A stretch of DNA of 61,664 nucleotides, filler included, from Asterionella formosa (GCA_002256025.1; 12 parts of 12 records of this genome joined end to end with filler, not necessarily neighbours in it), one strand, 5' to 3'. Positions 35,967-48,277 are shown, numbered from the whole stretch's first letter. Numbers and translations: made by a program. The notes: a model not told the origin generated them from the sequence alone.

Positions 35967-37164
35967 NNNNNNNNNNNNNNNNNNNNNNNNNNNNNNNNNN
36001 NNNNNNNNNNTTAATTAATTAANNNNNNNNNNNNNNNNNNNNNNNNNNNNNNNNNNNNNNNNNNNNGACCACATATGAAACTGCCAAACAATGGTTATTA
36101 TCTTATGAATAGGGGATAGGTATGGATGATGCACAAGTTTTAATTGGTTATGATGATTTTGAATTGGTGCCATGGGACCAGACTAACAAGCTGAAGTATG
36201 CCCTCATTCACTAAGTTCATTGGCAAGAGGCTAGGTCATTAGTTCCTCATTGCATTCTTCAATTTTCTCAAGGAAAGAGCGATATAGTTAGGAATCGCAA
36301 GCAGCAACCCATGGCCCTGTCATCAATTGTACCAGCAAGATTGCAGTAGATTTGATATCAGAGCATTGTGTTAGGCCTGATACAAACTGAAACCCCCTTT
36401 TCTGCTAAACAAACCATACTAAATGACTTCTAAGCGTATCCAGGCATCAATCAGAAATGCCTCTTACCTCATGAGTCAATAACTATGTACTATTTGGCAT
36501 TTTCAAGCTTGCTTTCCTCACCTCATTGGTGCCAATGTATCATCCATTATCCGAAAAAATTTCCATCATTCCTCAAGAAGTGAAAGTTACTGGGTATTTC
36601 CAAGTCTCCTTCTCTTTTCCAGAAATTATTCATAAATACAGAATTGTATCAGCTAATGAATATCTAGGTGATCATGGTCATCACTAAATGTACAATTGGG
36701 CCAGCCACACAAAGCAAATAATGTAGTTGCAGATTTTGGAGCATATAATTTAAGGCACACAAATTGAGGAGTAAATAATGAAAGGTAACAGATTGAGGAG
36801 CAAATAATAAAATTAATTGAAGTTAAAGCATAGACAGGAGTGGCCATGAATTCAACGTTGTCAAGTAGTATCATGTAGAGATAACAATCTCTTCTGTTTT
36901 CCATAAAAGCAGCACATGGGGATCAGCAGCTGCCAATGGTAATACTATGGTCAAGCTTTATTATTAGACAATGGATAGGAGAAAAATTTTCAGCAATCAT
37001 CTTGCTTGGCTTTGTTGATATTCACTGGAAAACTGAATATGCTCATGTGTTTAGGATCATTTGATCATATTTTAAAGATCAATTAATCCTGATTCTTGAA
37101 AATAAATGTCGATGATTCATTTTCTCATCAACGACACCGTTCATCATATCATCAATATGTTATG

Positions 37165-38600
37165 ATCAAAGTTATAGGATAAACGAATCAAGAATCATCG
37201 ATGAAAGATCATAGTTTATACCGGAGTAGTCGCTCATGCATGCAACCCCTTCCCCCCTGTACACAGTCTGGAAGTGATAAATCCCAAGCTACCAAATTTT
37301 TATGTCTTGTAAGAATTATCGCAGCATGCATGCGTACATGACTCCTACTGGTATATACAATGCGGGAGTGATGACCACCAGACTACCAATCCTATAGGTC
37401 CTGTAGAATTATCGCAACATGGCTGCATATCTAATGAAAGGGCGGGAGGAGTCATCCATGCACCTGTATACTAGTATGAAATATGGAAATGATCAAATAT
37501 AGCTAGTCTACACAAGGAGCAGTGCATCATATATGCCCTGTTATTTTAATTCCTATGAAATCTCTTGATCTGTTCTGCGCTTTTTCGCAAACACAATTGT
37601 TTTCATTGGCTGTTTCACTGGACAGCATTCGAATTGATTTTGCTTTGAACGAAGCAATGATCGAAGTCCACCCCGTTGCAGAATGGTGAGTCTCACAACT
37701 AAGTATCAGCCAGTCGATTAAAATTGGACTGTCTTTTGTGCACCCTCGTTGTGTTTGTACTTGACTTGGCAGCTGTCAGCCAAGAGCAGCCATGGCATGC
37801 CACCATTCATTGTCTATAAAAGTTTCGAATGTGTTCAGCTATGACAACTTTTGCTCTCCCCTCATAAACACTATCTCACCATCCTTGTCGTAGATTTTTC
37901 TTTATCCTTTGGCTTCACAGGCCCAGCAGGTTGGTCACTCAATGCCTTCATCTGCATGGAGTTCAGCCAAGCAGGTCCACGTTGGCGTCAAGAAAACCTC
38001 AAACCCGATTTTCCACACATGCTCCACCCATTGACTTCTTCATTCTTGATGAAGTCCAGGTAGCTATAATGATGTCAGGTGGCGCAGGCTAGTGTATAGC
38101 TAGATTGATGATGCTGAAAGCAATGCTTCCTTTTCCCGTAGGTACCTATGTGTCAACATTGTTTGTTTGGGTCAATCTATTCTTGTTTCCGCAAGACCAG
38201 AAGCAATTATCCCTATACTTCTCCTCCCAAGAACCTTCATTTCTCTTTCACAATTGTCCTGATGATTGCAGAGCATTTTTAGTTCCCTTTTGATTTTTCC
38301 ACTGGTTTCGATCCCTTTTGCATTCAAGTCAAGAAACAAGCAATTCATTGACCTTTCTGGAGGTTTTGGTCAGTGGCACCATAAAGCAACAATCAACTGA
38401 TCATGGCGGCTGTTCTCCATTTTCTGTAGCAAGTGACATTCAAGAAGGGTCTGGGATCATTGGGGAGAAAAATTAGTAGAATTCTCTGTGTTTGCCCCCG
38501 CCCGTTTGCTTGGCAGCCATTCTACCATTGCTTCCTCTCAATCAATACTAGATAGTATAGGTAATGAAAACCGTAATAAAATGAAATGTGACTTCCGGTT
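37165..38600. mobile_element. ~1.43-kb dispersed repeat, non-autonomous derivative of the DDE family (copy 1)
   Basis: Colinear and highly similar to 55106-56527. The minus strand retains IGFEVFLTP...AEL.ADEGIE. Confidence 0.8.
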
Positions 38601-39521
38601 TCTAATATTTTACATTGTTGCACTACCAAAACTTGAATCCATAAATGGTCATTCAACTTGTGCTTCTTGCATTTTTGCAGTATAGACTGGCTGGTGTTCG
38701 ATAGGCCAAAGTGTCTCGCTTTTCATGAACATCTACAAAGTAGACTACTAGTGCTTTTTTCGAGGTTTGTGTCTAAATCCAACTGCTGCCATCTATTGAA
38801 ACATTCCAGATACATCAAATAATACGCTCCTGTCTTAAAAGGTAAGGAACTAGAACGATGACAAAGAAAATCTAATGAGACATGAAAATTACGAAACCAG
38901 AATCACTCTGTTACTATAGCTAAATAGACAGTCTCATGCTTCTTTGTTCATATCGCCTGCTATGCTGCGTTTCAATTCTAGATGTATAACGTTCTTGTTA
39001 GAGAGACCATATTACTACAGAGAAGTAGATTGTGCTGTTATATAATGGATGTTGTTGTTTAGCTATGATTGAGGTTGTAACACTGATTGATGCTCTGGTG
39101 ACAGACCGGAAATATTCGTCTTGTGTGATGAGCCATTTCGTTTTCATTGGATTTCTTTTCAAGCTCTTAACGGATTGCATAGTACTAAAATACTGTGCAA
39201 TGTAGATGATGATTCATCGAAGACATGTGATGACTTGAACGACAAATGAAGATTTTATCACAAACACTCGTTCCTCTCGACAAGGCTGGTTTGTCGTTGT
39301 TGCAAGAATCAGAGTGAGGACTGGCGAGGATGATGAGCCAAACCACATTACTTTAACTGGTACATTATCCAACCAAGAAATTTAAACCTGAAAGAAACAA
39401 TACATATAATAATAAATTTCCATAGTCAAAAGGGTTACTAATTAAATTACGAGGGCATTGATCAAAATTATTAGATGATAAAACGAAAATTATGATCAGA
39501 TGATCATAATCCTATGATGAA

Positions 39522-40115
39522 TCATGGAAATATGATGGGTTTTTTGCAGACGATAGCCTCAACCATTGTTACCACTTCTGAATACTCCTTAGGTAGTTTG
39601 TCAAGTATGTGGGCAATCATCTCGAGATCCTTCTTTTTGTAAGCGGAATTAATCGTCGCCATTCGATTCCTCAACAACTCGAGTTGGATGAACCACTCGT
39701 CTGGGTCTTGCGTCTTCATTTCACAGATGCACTTGTTGAACTGTCCTGACAGTTGGATAAAGTCACTTGTAGCATTATGAACATAGCGAGCCTTGAGGTA
39801 GGTCCAAGCAAGGAATGCATCGCCGTCTTGATGATTCTTTGTCTTGGCTTGGTTAACCAAACCAAACGCAATCCCAGTGCAACTCATAATCAGGAGCTGG
39901 TATGCGCGATCGTTCATCTCGTAGATCTTCTTGACATCGTCTTTGTCTGTAGTCTCGTAGACAGCATCGCTGCATGGATTGGTATCCTTCATGTAGGCAT
40001 TCTTGAATCCTCTTGTCTTGGCTAGTGCAAGTGTCTTCACACTCCACTCATGCCAATTGGCGTCCTCGCCATCAAATTTCACAAGGCGAATGGTCTCACC
40101 TTTGTCTTCAGTCAT
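39522..40115 (-). pseudogene. Ty1/Copia gag (UBN2-like), 3'-truncated
   Basis: FDGEDANWHEW, AYQLLIMSC..IAFGLV, GDAFLAW, DPDEWFIQLE and ILDKLPKEYSEVVT. Ends before the zinc knuckle. Confidence 0.85.
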
Positions 40116-40203
40116 GTTGCAAAACGAAGTTGATCTGTTTGCAAGCGTGTTAAATTCTTCTGCAGTCTGACTGCAATGCTAGCTCTTCTAGACAAGCTCA
40201 GTG

Positions 40204-40590
40204 TGTTGAAACCTTCTGTTCTAATCCCACCTTATTGTGAGCTTATTTGATCTATCTTTTAATCGTTCACATGGCCAAATATTAAGGTTCTTTTCCCAAG
40301 TTTATATATAGATATCCATTGTGTTGTTAGACATTCAATTCTCAACTGACAACTGAACTCCACTCACTTAGCTAGTACAACAATTGTGAATATTCAATGC
40401 TATCTGCATTGCATTTATACCTTTCCTTCATCGAAATATTGATTACTTAGAACATTCTCCATTCGAATATTTACCTTGGTTTGCTGATATAGTTCTTGGC
40501 AATTGATGCTGTTCAAATTCTCACAGCATTTCAATACGGGATTTTTGGCTGGAATGTTATTCAAGATTGATTAGTTCGACTTAACTAACA
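40204..40590 (-). mobile_element. Probable 5' LTR of the truncated Copia element (387 bp)
   Basis: The minus strand reads TGTTAG...TTCAACA with an internal TATATATAAA, and ends 88 bp before the gag ATG. Confidence 0.55.
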
Positions 40591-41587
40591 TGCACGCAGT
40601 ACTAAATCTTGACACCGGTATTCCCTTGTGATAGATTCATGCCTCCTGTTTATATTGACGGGCGATTACCGGTACCCGGTATCGTGTAACGGACAGTCTG
40701 CCTATTTACCGGTAGTTCAAGTTGTTGCCAACGAGGCCTGCGTTGGACTTATCCTAAAATGTCAAGGTCACTCCAAGGTCACACAAAATTGAAAAAAATC
40801 GCTCATCGCCAAGTTCCCGAATACTGCGTATATGTGAGATCATTAATTATATCTGCCGGTATGTATTTTCATATACCTGCAGTCTACCGTACACAGTTCG
40901 AAGCAACCAGTGCAGACTTTAGAAACTTTTGCTGACTCTTTCCATATTTGTTTGACATGAGAGTTTTCCGGCTTCTCTTTTAATTTGCCATGAACGAATC
41001 AAACTTAGAAAACGAAGACATTGAAGTTTTCCTTACGCCTGGCGAATGCTCCGAACGCGATGCATCGTTGTGCGTGCTATTGTCTCAAGCCGGCATGAAA
41101 ACAACGGNNNNNNNNNNNNNNNNNNNNNNNNNNNNNNNNNNNNNNNNNNNNTTAATTAATTAANNNNNNNNNNNNNNNNNNNNNNNNNNNNNNNNNNNNN
41201 NNNNNNNTAACCCCAAAACTACTTTTTCTATTTCTCATTTGACGCTACTTATTACATTGCATGTCATACTTTGGTTTCTCCAAACATCATGTTCAATTTT
41301 CATTGAAATTGTATGTTACAATCATTCTCGTGTGTTTCACGCTTGTTTTACCATTTCTATGTATATTACCCTTGTGCTGGCTTTCATGCTAAAATAGGGA
41401 ATTTTAGTGCCGAAAAATTTGATATGCCCCATATTGCCCCTAATTAAAAAACCCTTAAGAAATTACTTAGAGCCTAAAAATTACTTAGAAGTCCCCGAAT
41501 GGCAAGACGACAGCTGGAGCGAGAATTGCAGCAAAGCAAAGTTGGTGACTTTTTGGCTTTTCACATGCTGATCGGCAGACTACGAGG

Positions 41588-41686
41588 TACCAGCAAGTTA
41601 CGGTCATTTTGCTTAAATAAACAATTTAATCTCGGATAAAGACAGCTAAAGCTTTAGTTTAGCAAATTTACCGCAACTTGCAGGTA
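41588..41686 (-). mobile_element. ~100-bp MITE, copy B
   Basis: TACCAGCAAGTTACGG...CCGCAACTTGCAGGTA, the reverse-complement homologue of copy A. Confidence 0.85.
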
Positions 41687-41835
41687 CCAGGTGTACCACA
41701 CGATAAACATTGTAGCCAGTCGTATAAAACATGAGACCACGTAGTAAAAACTTTTCTCGTTATCTGAACATCATGACAATCAACAAGCTGCAACACAAGG
41801 AATGAAATCCAGTACAAGCAGCAAGGCATAGGGAT

Positions 41836-42363
41836 TTAGGAAGACGACCAATGAAAGGCAAGTGTTAATCGAGAGCTTTCGTTCAGTGCGAAAATGACAG
41901 ATTGATCTATGATGTAAACCTTTGCTGAAGAGCGCCTTCCGGATTGGATGCGGTAAGGCCACCCTCGAGTGCCTGGACCTTGAAAATGTTGGGCCCTTGG
42001 GCGTGCAACTTTCAGGAAACGGGAAGCCCTTAACCCTAACAGTTTTGTCAAATTATGCCGAGAGATGTCCACTTTTATTGTCCATTTCGGACTCTCTGGT
42101 GGGCTGATCAAGGCTTTCTCTCCCAATTTCCCACGGATCACGACAGTTGGACTGTCCCATGGTGGCGATTCAATCAACGGAAGTTCGTCTCGAAGGATGG
42201 GCATGGTGGCAACAACACAGTTTTGTTTCCTTTTGGAGATGGTGATTATCCTTCTTGGTCGTTCAGTTGCTACTTGTCTACATATGACACGGCAAAGAAT
42301 GGGACAATTTCTGTCGCTTTTTTGGCGTGGGCTAGACTGGGTGCTTCGGTATGGTTGAGTCAA
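41836..42363 (-). CDS. Possible hypothetical protein
   Basis: 175-aa ORF in a more GC-rich segment. No domain recognised, and there are competing ORFs on the other strand. Confidence 0.25.
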   Translation of the reverse strand: MTQPYRSTQSSPRQKSDRNCPILCRVICRQVATERPRRIITISKRKQNCVVATMPILRDELPLIESPPWDSPTVVIRGKLGEKALISPPESPKWTIKVDISRHNLTKLLGLRASRFLKVARPRAQHFQGPGTRGWPYRIQSGRRSSAKVYIIDQSVIFALNESSRLTLAFHWSSS

Positions 42364-42769
42364 TGGATGGTCTGAGAGCTGCGTGCTCGGCTGAAGTCCA
42401 CCTAGCCGATTTCAAGTGAGGGGAAATGAATCTGAGATCAAATTTTTTGTCAAATGCTGGTGCCATTGGTGTTTTGTATCATGCTCATACCATACTTCCT
42501 CCCTCGTTTTCCCCTAGTTAGTGGGTTGATCAATTCTTCCCCTTTGCGATGCTACCTAATACACCTGTCACCCATATGATGCATAATAGTGGTAGCTGTA
42601 ATGATGCTATATACTAATACCATCATAACATTTGGGGGGAACAGCAAGAGGACCAGCTCAAAGACTCACACTCACGAAGCAAAAATGAAAACAAGATTGA
42701 TCAGTGCAGGAGATATTAATGGCGGATCCAAACAAACTGAGCTACATGATATTCTGAAATAAAATAGGT

Positions 42770-43537
42770 TTATACCCAACCCCTTAAGCTGCAATGCACA
42801 CGAGCCACTGAGGTCATGTAGTCCTGGAAACCAATGTCTTTTGCATACCTTGTTGCTGCAGCCCCCTTCATGTAATTGGCAGCTTTTCCTATCTCTCCTC
42901 TTGATTCGCAGTATAGGCCCAGGTAGAAGGCAGCATAAAATTCGTCTGCGCTACTTCCATTGTGTCCAGCTAGAGCTAGATCTTGCTCATTGGCTTCCCC
43001 GCGAAAGAGTGAGTACACAGTCGACATAATTTTCCTTCTGTCAGTCTTTCCCTTTGGTAACGACATCATGCCTGGAGGCGGTAGCACTTCTGGAGTCAAT
43101 CTTGATAGACATGCGATATCCCAAACAATCTCTTCAACGTCCAAGGGATTGACTCTTACATCCAAACGAAATTGCTCGCTTCCCGCTTGGAACTGGTCCT
43201 GGTAATAGTAGCTGATTCCTCGTTGCCACAAGAAAGGCCTCAAAGATCCATCAGGTACAGCAGCATCTGCTCGATCAAAGAAACGGATCGAACCATCGAT
43301 ATCTCCCATTTTAAAGGCTTTCATTCCCTCAGCAACAAGTTGAGTCGGATTTTCCATACGAAGATCCGATTGGGGGTGTATAGACATGGAACGAAAGGAT
43401 CCTGGTTGCTTCGACGCTCTCATTCTCGCAAATCGGAGTCCATTGCCAGGAGCAATGAGATTTATGAGATATATCGCCATGCAGAACAAATGAAGTAGCA
43501 GCATATTGCGTCTTCCAGAGTTCCTAGTCGTCCTCAT
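42770..43537 (-). CDS. NlpI-like TPR protein with N-terminal targeting peptide
   Basis: GMKAFKMGD..SIRFFDRA, PFLWQRGISYYY, QFRLDV.VNP.DVEE.VW, FYAAFYLGLY and DYM..VARVH. Confidence 0.82.
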   Translation of the reverse strand: MRTTRNSGRRNMLLLHLFCMAIYLINLIAPGNGLRFARMRASKQPGSFRSMSIHPQSDLRMENPTQLVAEGMKAFKMGDIDGSIRFFDRADAAVPDGSLRPFLWQRGISYYYQDQFQAGSEQFRLDVRVNPLDVEEIVWDIACLSRLTPEVLPPPGMMSLPKGKTDRRKIMSTVYSLFRGEANEQDLALAGHNGSSADEFYAAFYLGLYCESRGEIGKAANYMKGAAATRYAKDIGFQDYMTSVARVHCSLRGWV

Positions 43538-43753
43538 CCAGATCTATAGGGTATGTATGCAGTAGAACACGTCGATTAATGGTGTCAATTATTTTCTTGG
43601 CAATATATATATATATATATAACAGTAAGGTTTGATAATCAAAGAGTTAAATTACAGAATACCGCGCGGTAGCTACATATAATAACGGGAACACCATCTG
43701 GTGTCGCTCATTAAACAGATCATGAAACAAATAAATGAAGAAGTGCAGCCATA

Positions 43754-44842
43754 ATGGCGGTTCCCAATCCAAACACCATTCAAAATCGCAACAAGTCTCG
43801 ATGTAAATACCGGCATCTTGATTTGTGGATTCTCTGTTCTCTACTAGTTGGCTTATTTTCAATCATCCGTTTCCTTTCGACACAAACCAGTTTTCAAGAC
43901 GAAGCCACCGCCAGTTCTGTCATTGACCAACATGAGCCAGTTCAAACGATAATGCCTGTTCCACTAGAATCAGAGCGCATATTCTTATCAACCATCAGAT
44001 CATGCATTCCAGCGAATCATACGAAATGTATGCAATACATTCCGCCAGGAACCACAGCTGAGAGAATCGCTGTGCTAGTCCCGCCAGGGGAATTCGGTGA
44101 TTGGGTAACCAAGTGGATCATTCGAACGATATGGGCGACTTTCGGCAAAGAGCAGTCGGAGAAGCTTCAACTTATTCACATTAGCCACATTCCGCCCTAT
44201 GGGTATGGGAAAACTCACGGGTGGACGAAGTTGATACGAGTGTTGCCTTCAACATTGATGCTCGGTGCTGCTGATGCCATTCAATCATCTCTCGATGATG
44301 GACAGTCTCAAAAAAATATTTCGCTTGACGACCTCAAGTCCGCCTTTCGAATGATGACCAGATGGCATTGTCGGATATCTCACATTGCTGCTCATACCGC
44401 TCTATTGACTATCAATATGAAGGATTATGATGTAGATCCAATGTCGGTTACCAAAATGCTTGTCAGATTTGTTGATCCCGCCAAGGATGGACATTCCCTA
44501 GAACCAAAAATGATTAACGTGTATGGAGATGATGACCAGACTGGGAATGGCTATTTATTAAATGGCCATACAATTGGTTTGCTGACATGGATACAACAAT
44601 CGTCTGGACTGCATATAGCGGAAGAGCTGGAAGTAGTATTGAAAGAAGAACTTCAGATATCCAAGGATTTTTCGGCATGGCCCTGCCAATCGTTATGGAG
44701 CACTGGAGAAGGAGGGGGAAAATCTGGTCCAATGGCAAGCAAACTCGCCGCGAAACTTTCACCAGATTGTAATGCAGAGTACACAACATGTGTTGTCAAG
44801 AAGGACCATTGTGAAGAGGCTGGTGATCCCATCTGCACATAG
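43754..44842 (+). CDS. Hypothetical type II membrane (Golgi-like) protein
   Basis: 362 aa. Basic tail, one transmembrane segment (LWILCSLLVGLFSIIRFL), a globular part with IPPYGYGKTHGWTK, and a Cys-rich end. Confidence 0.78.
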   Translation: MAVPNPNTIQNRNKSRCKYRHLDLWILCSLLVGLFSIIRFLSTQTSFQDEATASSVIDQHEPVQTIMPVPLESERIFLSTIRSCIPANHTKCMQYIPPGTTAERIAVLVPPGEFGDWVTKWIIRTIWATFGKEQSEKLQLIHISHIPPYGYGKTHGWTKLIRVLPSTLMLGAADAIQSSLDDGQSQKNISLDDLKSAFRMMTRWHCRISHIAAHTALLTINMKDYDVDPMSVTKMLVRFVDPAKDGHSLEPKMINVYGDDDQTGNGYLLNGHTIGLLTWIQQSSGLHIAEELEVVLKEELQISKDFSAWPCQSLWSTGEGGGKSGPMASKLAAKLSPDCNAEYTTCVVKKDHCEEAGDPICT

Positions 44843-44911
44843 TCAATGTTTGCGAATTATATCTTCTGTAGTAGCAGTTACCAACTAAAGCGTTGTTATT
44901 GTTCTATGTTT

Positions 44912-46132
44912 CTACATACCTCCAGGAAATGGCTGAGTAACTTCGTGAAACCACCCAGCCAGTGCTATCCTTGTGCCTTGCTTGACTACTTCTACTTGAT
45001 GGGGAACAGACACTGAATCAAACATTACCAGCAAGCCTCGAAGTGGTGCAATATTGGTCGCAACTGCACCCTCGGGGTCACTACCAGCTTCCCATGCCGA
45101 GCGGTCTTCAAGCAGGAAAAATTGACTAGCAATTGTTGACGAAATGAAGAGACGAAGATCGTTTGATGGCTTCGAAGAGTCAGCGTCTGCTTTGACACAT
45201 GCTTGAAGAAAATCAGTGACTGCCATACCCAAAAGTCCCTCATTGACCCATGGCCTAGTGAGATAGTTACGCTCGTTTTCAGTAGTAATGGTATATAAAA
45301 TACAATGGGGTTCATCTTGGTCATCATTGACTGGAAACCAACTATCCAAATAGACCGGGTGAGTCATAGTATCTGCTGCCTGCAGCCATCCGACCTGCAA
45401 GTTTCCATCGTGCTGACTACCTCCAGGTCCTTTATTAGGCTGATGAAACGTTCGAAGCGCCCCTCCATTTCTGTCAAGATCCCATCCTTCGTCACTTAAG
45501 TATATTAGCCAAGATATGGATCGTCGGGACGGGAGCAACCAGCCCTTTGCTCCCTTGAGGTCTTCGTGTCGTTCGTCCATGTGCCTGGCTAGTGTCGAAC
45601 CCGAAGTGGACTTGGAATAGTAGCATTCATGTTCCAGCTCTGCATTCAACAGTGTCGGTCTATCCAAAACCTGAGCGAGCACCGCTCGTAGCGCGTGTAA
45701 CTTTTGAGCCACTTTAGCAGCTTCCGTTGTAAGCAATCGTTCGTTGTCAATCGAATCCCTCCACCATGGCACCGATGCGGTCATTCTATCGCGCTGCCCA
45801 AACTCTTGCTTCGATCCTTTGACAGTGTTGGATAATCCTGAGGGAACAAACTTTCCACTTTTCGTCTCCAAATCCTTTATATCGTCAAGTAGCACTTGAA
45901 TCTCTTTTTCATTAAGGAAATTATGGTGCAAATGGACTTGACCAGCAACAGCGATGTTTCTATGGAGCTGTTCTACGTTAAGCCCAAGCTCTTGGCACAA
46001 GGACAGCCGAGCAGTTGAGGCCAATGCTGCCACATTCTGAGCTAGTATGGCGAGAGCTCCACAGTATAGGTATAAACGGACGAGCCTTGGTTGTTGATGA
46101 GCTGGAATGATATTAGTCATTATCATTGTCAT
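44912..46132 (-). CDS. 2OG-Fe(II) oxygenase, prolyl-hydroxylase-like, with targeting peptide
   Basis: RHMD (HxD), RRSISWLIYL, GGALR, FDS..VPHQV and RIALAGWF. Confidence 0.87.
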   Translation of the reverse strand: MTMIMTNIIPAHQQPRLVRLYLYCGALAILAQNVAALASTARLSLCQELGLNVEQLHRNIAVAGQVHLHHNFLNEKEIQVLLDDIKDLETKSGKFVPSGLSNTVKGSKQEFGQRDRMTASVPWWRDSIDNERLLTTEAAKVAQKLHALRAVLAQVLDRPTLLNAELEHECYYSKSTSGSTLARHMDERHEDLKGAKGWLLPSRRSISWLIYLSDEGWDLDRNGGALRTFHQPNKGPGGSQHDGNLQVGWLQAADTMTHPVYLDSWFPVNDDQDEPHCILYTITTENERNYLTRPWVNEGLLGMAVTDFLQACVKADADSSKPSNDLRLFISSTIASQFFLLEDRSAWEAGSDPEGAVATNIAPLRGLLVMFDSVSVPHQVEVVKQGTRIALAGWFHEVTQPFPGGM

Positions 46133-46348
46133 CAATAATTTTATACATAATTTGCAATATCGAAGCTTATGAGCGATGCATGGTGATTTTATTTATTTTA
46201 TTCACATTTCGGCACAAATATATTCTATACGTGCCGGGATGTATGATCNNNNNNNNNNNNNNNNNNNNNNNNNNNNNNNNNNNNNNNNNNNNTTAATTAA
46301 TTAANNNNNNNNNNNNNNNNNNNNNNNNNNNNNNNNNNNNNNNNNNNN

Positions 46349-46539
46349 GCGCCCCGACCACCCGTCTTGGCCACGTGAACGCCGTTGTAGTTGGGTGTCG
46401 TGCCCATGTGGAGGACTTTTAGGGAAGCAATTCTTTTAGTGGCGAGTGCAGCTGAAGAGCGTTGGAGCCAACCAGGTGGCACAAAGGCAGTGGAAGCCGT
46501 TGCCAAGAGCGCCAGCGAAAAGGCTTGGATTTTCATCAT
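46349..46539 (-). CDS. N-terminus of a plastid-targeted protein (bipartite presequence), truncated
   Basis: MMKIQAFSLALLATASTA-FVP is an ASAFAP-type motif, followed by a Ser/Ala/basic transit peptide. Confidence 0.75.
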
Positions 46540-48277
46540 TGGATTGTCTTGTCTTCGATCAGTTTGTTGGCAAGGCGCTCCACTGTAATCCCTACTGTGT
46601 AATGCAGTGTTTGGTGTGTCTGTGATGGTAGAGGAACGCAAATACGATGATAAATTAACAATCTACAAGCTCAAGCGAGGAGGATGATGGTGATGGTTAT
46701 GTACCGGTATGAAGGTTATCAACCACACACGGAACGTACACATACCGGCATACTATGTTATTGTATTGTAACACTTGGTTACCCTCCTCAACAGTATCAT
46801 AGCTAATACCGGTATCTCAACTGATGTCACCCTTCATTCATACCGGCATACCGGTACCTGGTAGTTCAATACACTTCATGCGCTCTATCACTACCGGTAT
46901 TTACAATACCAATTATATACATATATATATAATAATTGATACTCATACTACCGCATGCATACTTATCGGTACTTAGCAAAATGCCCTCGTTCATGCGCAT
47001 ACCATATGTTCGATAAAATAAGCACCTGTCCGGCGACAAAATGTCCGTTTCAGGGAAAATGACCGCAACTGGAAGGTAACTGGTACCTTCCTTAGGAGTA
47101 TTTTTGTAGGGGGTTCTTTCCATTTTGCTTTGGTTGTTGGGTACAGTATCACTTTATTTGAAAAGGTTTCAAGCAATGGCTATACCGGTACTCGAATAGG
47201 AGTACAAACTGAAAAAATGCTAAATTCTCAAAATAATATCATCTAAGATTGCATCACTGACAGAAAAAAGTCTACATATTGCAAGAATCTAGACCTACTG
47301 AGATGATAAATATATGCAAATGAACTGGTAGTCTGGTCACTGAGTTATTATTGTGTCTGATATGTATACCAGTATATGGCTAGATGTAGGGTCTAATGGA
47401 GTCCTCCATATTCCTTGCATATATTAGGTTTCTCATGTCACCAAATATTGCCTGTGGTAGTATGATGCAAAACTATGTCTGGCACAACTACCATCACCCC
47501 TAAAATTCTGACAATAAATCATGTAAAAACTCCTTTAGGCTAACCATCTGCGTAAACAGAGCCCTCTGGAGTCTTCTGGTTGGTAGTTTAGTACCCTCAT
47601 ACTCCACTGGGAAGAGATTGATGGATGCAATATCACAAGAAGATCATTAATAGGGGAAAGATGTGTCACTGTTATGCATTATCTCTACACCCCTGATTGA
47701 TCTAGTTATTTCATGTAGAGTTAGCTAGAAAGTGTTAAAGGAACTGGAATAGCACTAAGTAAATGCAGTCTGGTTATGCGCAATAGGAAAGCGGCAAGAT
47801 GAAAGCATGGGCCAAGGATTGCTAATCTTCTGCATGTAGTTTGTGCCTCGATTCCAGGCAGATTTTACAAGTCATAGTGCTGATGAAAGGAAATGTTGAG
47901 AGGGACTGGTTGGATGTACAACTCCTTACTGCGCTCATTTCGAACTGAGCAATATAGGTAACGTGAACTCCCATTGGGCGATCTGGCTGACAAAAGGTTT
48001 TCTCTGCGAAAACGTCAAGAGTGTGCTCAAGTTTCAAATGCAGGCCAAAGCCTTTCATTCACTCAGCCACATGAGGTTCCATCTCTCCCCAAGTGGTCAA
48101 TGCCCTGAAATATGATCACCTTGGAACAATGACCGAATTCGATATATGGATTTAACTCAACAACGTTATTGTTGTGGAGCATCCACATGAACTCATTGAC
48201 AATGTCCTTGAAGAATGATAGCATGTGGATTCACTGCCACAGAAGTATCATTGCGGTGCCCAGCCATTGGTGGATTT

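Noticed and set aside
46349..46400. Naming the plastid protein (GVHVAKTGGRG recalls diatom anthranilate synthase N-termini)
   Set aside because: The fragment is too short and the resemblance is from unverified memory.
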